NCBI GenBank assembly: GCA_963718665.1
Contig: OY970359.1
Location: 864,001 to 928,000, forward strand
Origin: an uncultured Phycisphaerales bacterium
GTDB taxonomy: Bacteria; Planctomycetota; Phycisphaerae; Sedimentisphaerales; Anaerobacaceae
Length of the DNA: 64,000 nt
Reading direction: 5' to 3'
Shown: positions 60,124-64,000 of the stretch, piece by piece
Numbering within the stretch: position 1 is the stretch's first letter
How the letters are laid out: the number at the start of each line of letters is the position of its first letter
Notes under the pieces: generated by a model
The model's input: only the letters and a program-made list of their open reading frames with translations
Databases searched by the model: none
Told to the model about the DNA's origin: nothing
Made by a program: the position numbers and the translations under genes

Positions 60124-61176
60124 ATTTTGAACAAAATCCGAAAATTGATGAGTTGCTGAACGGTTACATCGACGGCGAGTTGTCGGCTGATGAACGTTCG
60201 CAGGTAGAACGCCTTGTCAGCGAAAACTCTGGGATAGCACTACGTTTACTTCAGCTCGAAAAATGCAAATCGCTGGTAAGCTCGTTACCCCCTGCTGAAC
60301 CGCCCGCCGCGGTGGTCGCCGGGATTAAAGAACTGATTCGCAGCCATTCGGCGGGCTCACATAAATCCAAACATATTGAGAGACAACGAGGGGCACGACA
60401 CCTGTTCATTCGTCAAGCCCTTGCGGCATCGATAATCATCGGCGTCGTGGGTATTATGGGCGCGGTGGTGTATAAGATTGTCGGACCGGAGGAAACCGCC
60501 ACGCCAATCGTCGCGATGAAATCCGCACCGACAATTAAGCCGGCTGCGACGCCTGTAGTTGCGAAGTTGCCGGAAACGAAAAAAGAAGTTGTTGTTGCCT
60601 CCGCCGAGGACACTACGAGCGTCGGCATGTACTCGCTGCAACTGCAGACCGCCGATTTTGCCGCGGTTGATGCTTATGTAAATAAACTCCTCGAAGAAAG
60701 CCCCTGGCTGCGATACGAAGCGACGAAAGACCAGCCGGGCAAAAGCGAATACAAAATACTTTGCAGCAGAGGCGGCCTTGAGGCAATGATGAGCGATTTA
60801 GCTACGGTGTGGTCAAAGTTCGATTCGACAACACTGATTGTGCATACCGATAACCTCGGCCAGTATGTAACCGTCGCATCGGTGAAGCCGGAGCAGATTG
60901 CCGATATTGCCAGACAGGACACAATCGATAAACGCGTAAAATTAGCGAAGGATTTCGCGGTCATCAACAGCGTCTCGCAAATTATGCCCGAAGAAAAAAT
61001 GTTGGCCCTGACCGACCGTTCGCTCTCAGACCTGACCACTATCCCCAAGCCGATCCTGACCTCAGGCGATAAGAGTGCCGTAACCGCCCCCAAAGGCGAC
61101 ATGGGACAAGATCCAGGTCGATTTGAATATCGTCGTCGCTGGTTCGACTTCGCTCACCACGGGCGGCCACAAATAA
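60120..61176 (+). CDS. Transmembrane anti-sigma factor; apparent +1 frameshift near 61103
   Basis: ELLNGYIDGELS N-terminus plus one TM, coupled to the ECF sigma. Removing one G from ATGGGAC gives MDKIQVDLNIVVAGSTSLTTGGHK* (stop 61176) and removes the overlap with pilT. Confidence 0.75.
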
Positions 61177-61227
61177 AAAACCCCTGGATGGCCGAGGGTT
61201 CAAACTGCCATAAATTGATTCAATCCG

Positions 61228-62364
61228 TTATTCGAGATTCAATGCCTCAGCGAACGTGGCGAGGTTATTGGCCCACTTTCGTGCCTCTTCCAGTTCAACC
61301 ATATCTGCTTTAACCAAGCGGGCGAGGTGCCGTTCCATCGTAATCATCTTCTCCTCGTACCGGCTGGAGGTCTTGGTCTGGAGCTGCGAATATATCTGCT
61401 CGACCTTGCCTGTCCTGATGAGGTTGGCGGTGGCGTAGTTATTGTTTAGAATTTCCATCGCCACGATTCGGCCTTTGCCGTCTTTTCGCGGGATGAGTTT
61501 CTGACTGATGATATACGCCAGGCCAAGCGAAAGCTGGTTTCGCACCTCGTTTTGCCTGCCGGGCGGGAAATAATCGAGTATGCGCATTATTGTCCCCGCG
61601 GTGTCCCTTGTGTGCAGCGTCGAGAAAACCAAATGTCCCGTCTCGGCGGCCATAAGCGTCATCGCGATTGTCTCGGCGTCGCGCATTTCGCCGACAAATA
61701 TGATATTCGGGTCCTCGCGGAGCATCGAACGCAATCCGTCGATAAACGAATACACGTCCCTGCCGATTTCACGCTGCGAAATGAGCGCTTTTTTCTGGTC
61801 AAATATATATTCGATGGGGTCCTCGATAGTGATTATCCGGCAGGCCTTCTCTTCGGATATGCGGTTAATCATCGATGCGATTGTTGTCGATTTGCCGGCG
61901 CCCGTTACGCCCGTAAGCAAAACCAGGCCGTGCTTGCGATTTATGATGTCTTTCCATATATCGTTGGGAAACCCCGTCTTTTCCACCGGCAGGATATCCG
62001 CCGACAGCGCGCGAATGGCCGCGCAGATGCCGTCATTTTCTTTGAAGACGTTGATTCGAAAATGCGTCCCTGCTATACGGTATGAACAATCGACGCTGTG
62101 CTGCTCGCGTAATTTGTCGATGCTCGCCTCCGACAGGAGAGGCAATATCAACTGTTCGGCCATCTCAGGCGTAAGGTTCGGGCCTTTGAGCTTTTCGAGG
62201 TCGCCATCAACGCGGTACGTGGGCGGGGCGCCGACCTTGAGGTGCAGGTCCGAAACCCGCATCGTGCCCATATTCTCGAAATAGGTCAGCATATCCTGGA
62301 TGCTCAGCTGACCCATATCCTCGGTTGGATATACGTTTTTATTAACTTCGTAAACGACCGCCAT
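61228..62364 (-). CDS. pilT: Type IV pilus retraction ATPase PilT/PilU family
   Basis: SDLHLKVG.PP, GVTGAGKSTT, TIEDPIE, QREIG, LREDPNIIFVGEMRD, AAETGHLVFSTLHT. Confidence 0.93.
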   Translation of the reverse strand: MAVVYEVNKNVYPTEDMGQLSIQDMLTYFENMGTMRVSDLHLKVGAPPTYRVDGDLEKLKGPNLTPEMAEQLILPLLSEASIDKLREQHSVDCSYRIAGTHFRINVFKENDGICAAIRALSADILPVEKTGFPNDIWKDIINRKHGLVLLTGVTGAGKSTTIASMINRISEEKACRIITIEDPIEYIFDQKKALISQREIGRDVYSFIDGLRSMLREDPNIIFVGEMRDAETIAMTLMAAETGHLVFSTLHTRDTAGTIMRILDYFPPGRQNEVRNQLSLGLAYIISQKLIPRKDGKGRIVAMEILNNNYATANLIRTGKVEQIYSQLQTKTSSRYEEKMITMERHLARLVKADMVELEEARKWANNLATFAEALNLE

Positions 62365-62519
62365 TTCCGCTCCTTAACAAAACAACATAAATTATAAGTT
62401 CCGGATTCGGGATTTCCAAAAGCCCCCCGCGCACTAATATCGGCAAGGGGCGTATCGGCAAAAAACAGGGGGTTTATAAGCTGAATTTGGCAGTTTTGAG
62501 GCGTTTTTTAGGACGGTTG

Positions 62520-62816
62520 TTATTTAGCGCGGGCGAGCCATTCGTTGAGGTTTTTGGCTAAGATTTTGACGTCCTTTTTGGTCATTATGTGGCTGATGAT
62601 TGCGGGCGGTATTTTGAGATTGACCATTGCCTTTTGCGCACGTTCCCACAGCTTGTCTCGCTTAGTCCTGAGCGAAGTCGAAGGGTTGGTGTCATTGTCC
62701 GCTAAATAAAGCTCGCTGACTAATTCGCTCAACTTGCCCAGCGAGATTGCGCTGAGATTGTTGTAGTAATTCGATATTACGTCTTTTTGATACGCTGAGT
62801 ATTCCTGTTTAGCCAT
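62520..62816 (-). CDS. Hypothetical helical protein carrying an in-frame repeat insertion (NPSTSLRT)
   Basis: 98-aa ORF YSAYQKDVISNYY..KLSELVSELYLA; the insertion is at 62664-62687. Confidence 0.7.
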   Translation of the reverse strand: MAKQEYSAYQKDVISNYYNNLSAISLGKLSELVSELYLADNDTNPSTSLRTKRDKLWERAQKAMVNLKIPPAIISHIMTKKDVKILAKNLNEWLARAK

Positions 62817-63049
62817 ATTATAGTCGCTCGTTATTAGTCGTTAGTATTTAGTATATCGTACTGAGGATAATTCTGCCTCAAATCTACATGGAAATCAAGT
62901 GCTGAAACGCATAAAAGATTAGACACGGATTCAACCCGTGAGATGGCGGCTTTGCCTATCTCACGGGTTTAACACTGATTAACACGGTTTTTCTTATTAG
63001 TTGTAAATGCAGGGCGGGGTTTACCCCGCCAATTTATTCGGAAGTTTGA

Positions 63050-63376
63050 TTAAGCGTAGGCGTATTCTTTCTTTTCAGGCACAAAATCCACTCGCACCGC
63101 ACAATTTAATGCTGATGCAATCTTTTCCAGCATACCCATCGAGTGGCCGCTGTACTCGGTACTTTCAAGCCGGCTTATTACCGATTGTGTCGTTCCTACG
63201 AGTCCCGCAAGCTGTTTTTGGCTTAACCCTGCCTTGATGCGCAGACGGTGTATCTGCATCGCGATATGTGCCTTCTCACGTTCACCGCGAACGGATGTAG
63301 CACGCTTGGCATTGCCTTTTATATATCGGCCGTGAAGTATCTTCACCGCATCGGTTGTTCTTCTTTTATTACGCAT
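63050..63376 (-). CDS. XRE-family HTH protein (HigA-like antitoxin)
   Basis: LRIKAGLSQKQLAGLVGTTQSVISRLE...HSMGMLEKIASAL. Confidence 0.88.
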   Translation of the reverse strand: MRNKRRTTDAVKILHGRYIKGNAKRATSVRGEREKAHIAMQIHRLRIKAGLSQKQLAGLVGTTQSVISRLESTEYSGHSMGMLEKIASALNCAVRVDFVPEKKEYAYA

Positions 63377-63378
63377 AT

Positions 63379-63441
63379 TCACAATTCCTCTTCATACGTA
63401 TGGGCAGCGGGGTTCTTAATATAATTGACTTTACTGAGCAA
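63379..63441 (-). pseudogene. Possible C-terminal remnant of a RelE/HigB-type toxin
   Basis: LSKVNYIKNPAAHTYEEEL* ends directly before the antitoxin start; NPxxHTYxE resembles the tails of such toxins (recalled, not searched). Confidence 0.45.
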
Positions 63442-63461
63442 TATCGCAAATATGCGATATT
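63440..63461. promoter_or_regulatory. Palindromic operator overlapping a putative promoter
   Basis: AATATCGCA-AATA-TGCGATATT (perfect 9-bp arms); minus-strand TTGAAC-17nt-GATATT. Confidence 0.65.
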
Positions 63462-63605
63462 AGTTCAAGTGATTTTTGCTCAATTGCTAAATTTTTTAAC
63501 TCTTATGCCAAACGGCTCTATTGCCTGAAATCGCTGGCTAAATCAAACGTCGGGCTGGAAATAATTAGCGTTGGGATTATTTTTACTCTTGTTTATACCC
63601 ATTCC

Positions 63606-64000
63606 TTAACTATGTTTTAGTCCTTGGCGAACAGACAGAGAGGCAAGGATGTTTTCAGCAATACTAATTCTCCGAGTCGCGCCATTTTGGTCCCCTGCCG
63701 CGAAGTAAAGCCAATAGAGTAAGGTTGACTTATTATACAATCGCAGTGGGCGCCGAGCCACACCAGCGAATACTGACCTGAGTTGATTCAAATAATATTC
63801 GCCGACTTGATTTGGCTTAGCTATCTTGATGATCTTTGTATACTCCCCAAATAGATTCTGACCTGTTTTTGTCTTGTAAAAAACACCGTACCAATCGTGA
63901 GACCCGAGCACCTCATCCAATTTATAACGTGAGGTTTTGTTAATACGACCATCCCGACGAAGGAGGCGGTTTACAGCAACACCCAAGGGAAACAAACACC
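63606..64000 (-). CDS. C-terminal part of a TcmP-like (three-Cys-motif partner) protein; 5' end outside the window
   Basis: LFPLGVAVNRLL...VLGSHDW...Y..QL.SVF..V...PL.L.N....LY.L.FAA pattern. Confidence 0.6.
   Translation of the reverse strand, partial: CLFPLGVAVNRLLRRDGRINKTSRYKLDEVLGSHDWYGVFYKTKTGQNLFGEYTKIIKIAKPNQVGEYYLNQLRSVFAGVARRPLRLYNKSTLLYWLYFAAGDQNGATRRISIAENILASLSVRQGLKHS

Noticed and set aside
61177..61313. Anti-sigma C-terminal extension overlapping pilT
   Set aside because: Explained by the +1 indel near 61103; the repaired gene stops at 61176.

Overview
Bacterial chromosomal window of about 50% GC. The gene families suggest an anaerobic planctomycete (Phycisphaerae/Sedimentisphaerales-like); this is inference, not a search result. 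Housekeeping genes: xerD, galE, ribBA, nfnAB-like, ftsW-murG, ispG, a short rho, two cold-shock genes, rpsB-tsf-pyrH-frr, pilT and an ECF sigma/anti-sigma pair. Carbohydrate genes: a eukaryote-type hexokinase, a GH27 alpha-galactosidase, a GH57-GT5 fusion, and a seven-gene hexuronate operon (PPi-PFK, uxaE, uxuB, uxaC, HAD, LarA-family epimerase, gnd) with no uxuA or gluconate kinase. Between about 23.5 and 33.9 kb, AT-rich accessory islets carry a wHTH-like gene plus a GHKL/MORC-like ATPase behind a perfect sigma70 promoter, an HNH-AP2 gene with a structured upstream region, and a DUF4365-HNH gene. Repeated 9-7-9 palindromic sites sit next to these islets. Small palindromic (REP-like) and 7-9 bp tandem repeats are common, and a 24-nt element appears inserted in frame in three proteins. 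Three single-base frameshifts (hexokinase, yjbQ, anti-sigma) look like sequencing indels. No rRNA, tRNA, CRISPR array or reverse transcriptase was seen.
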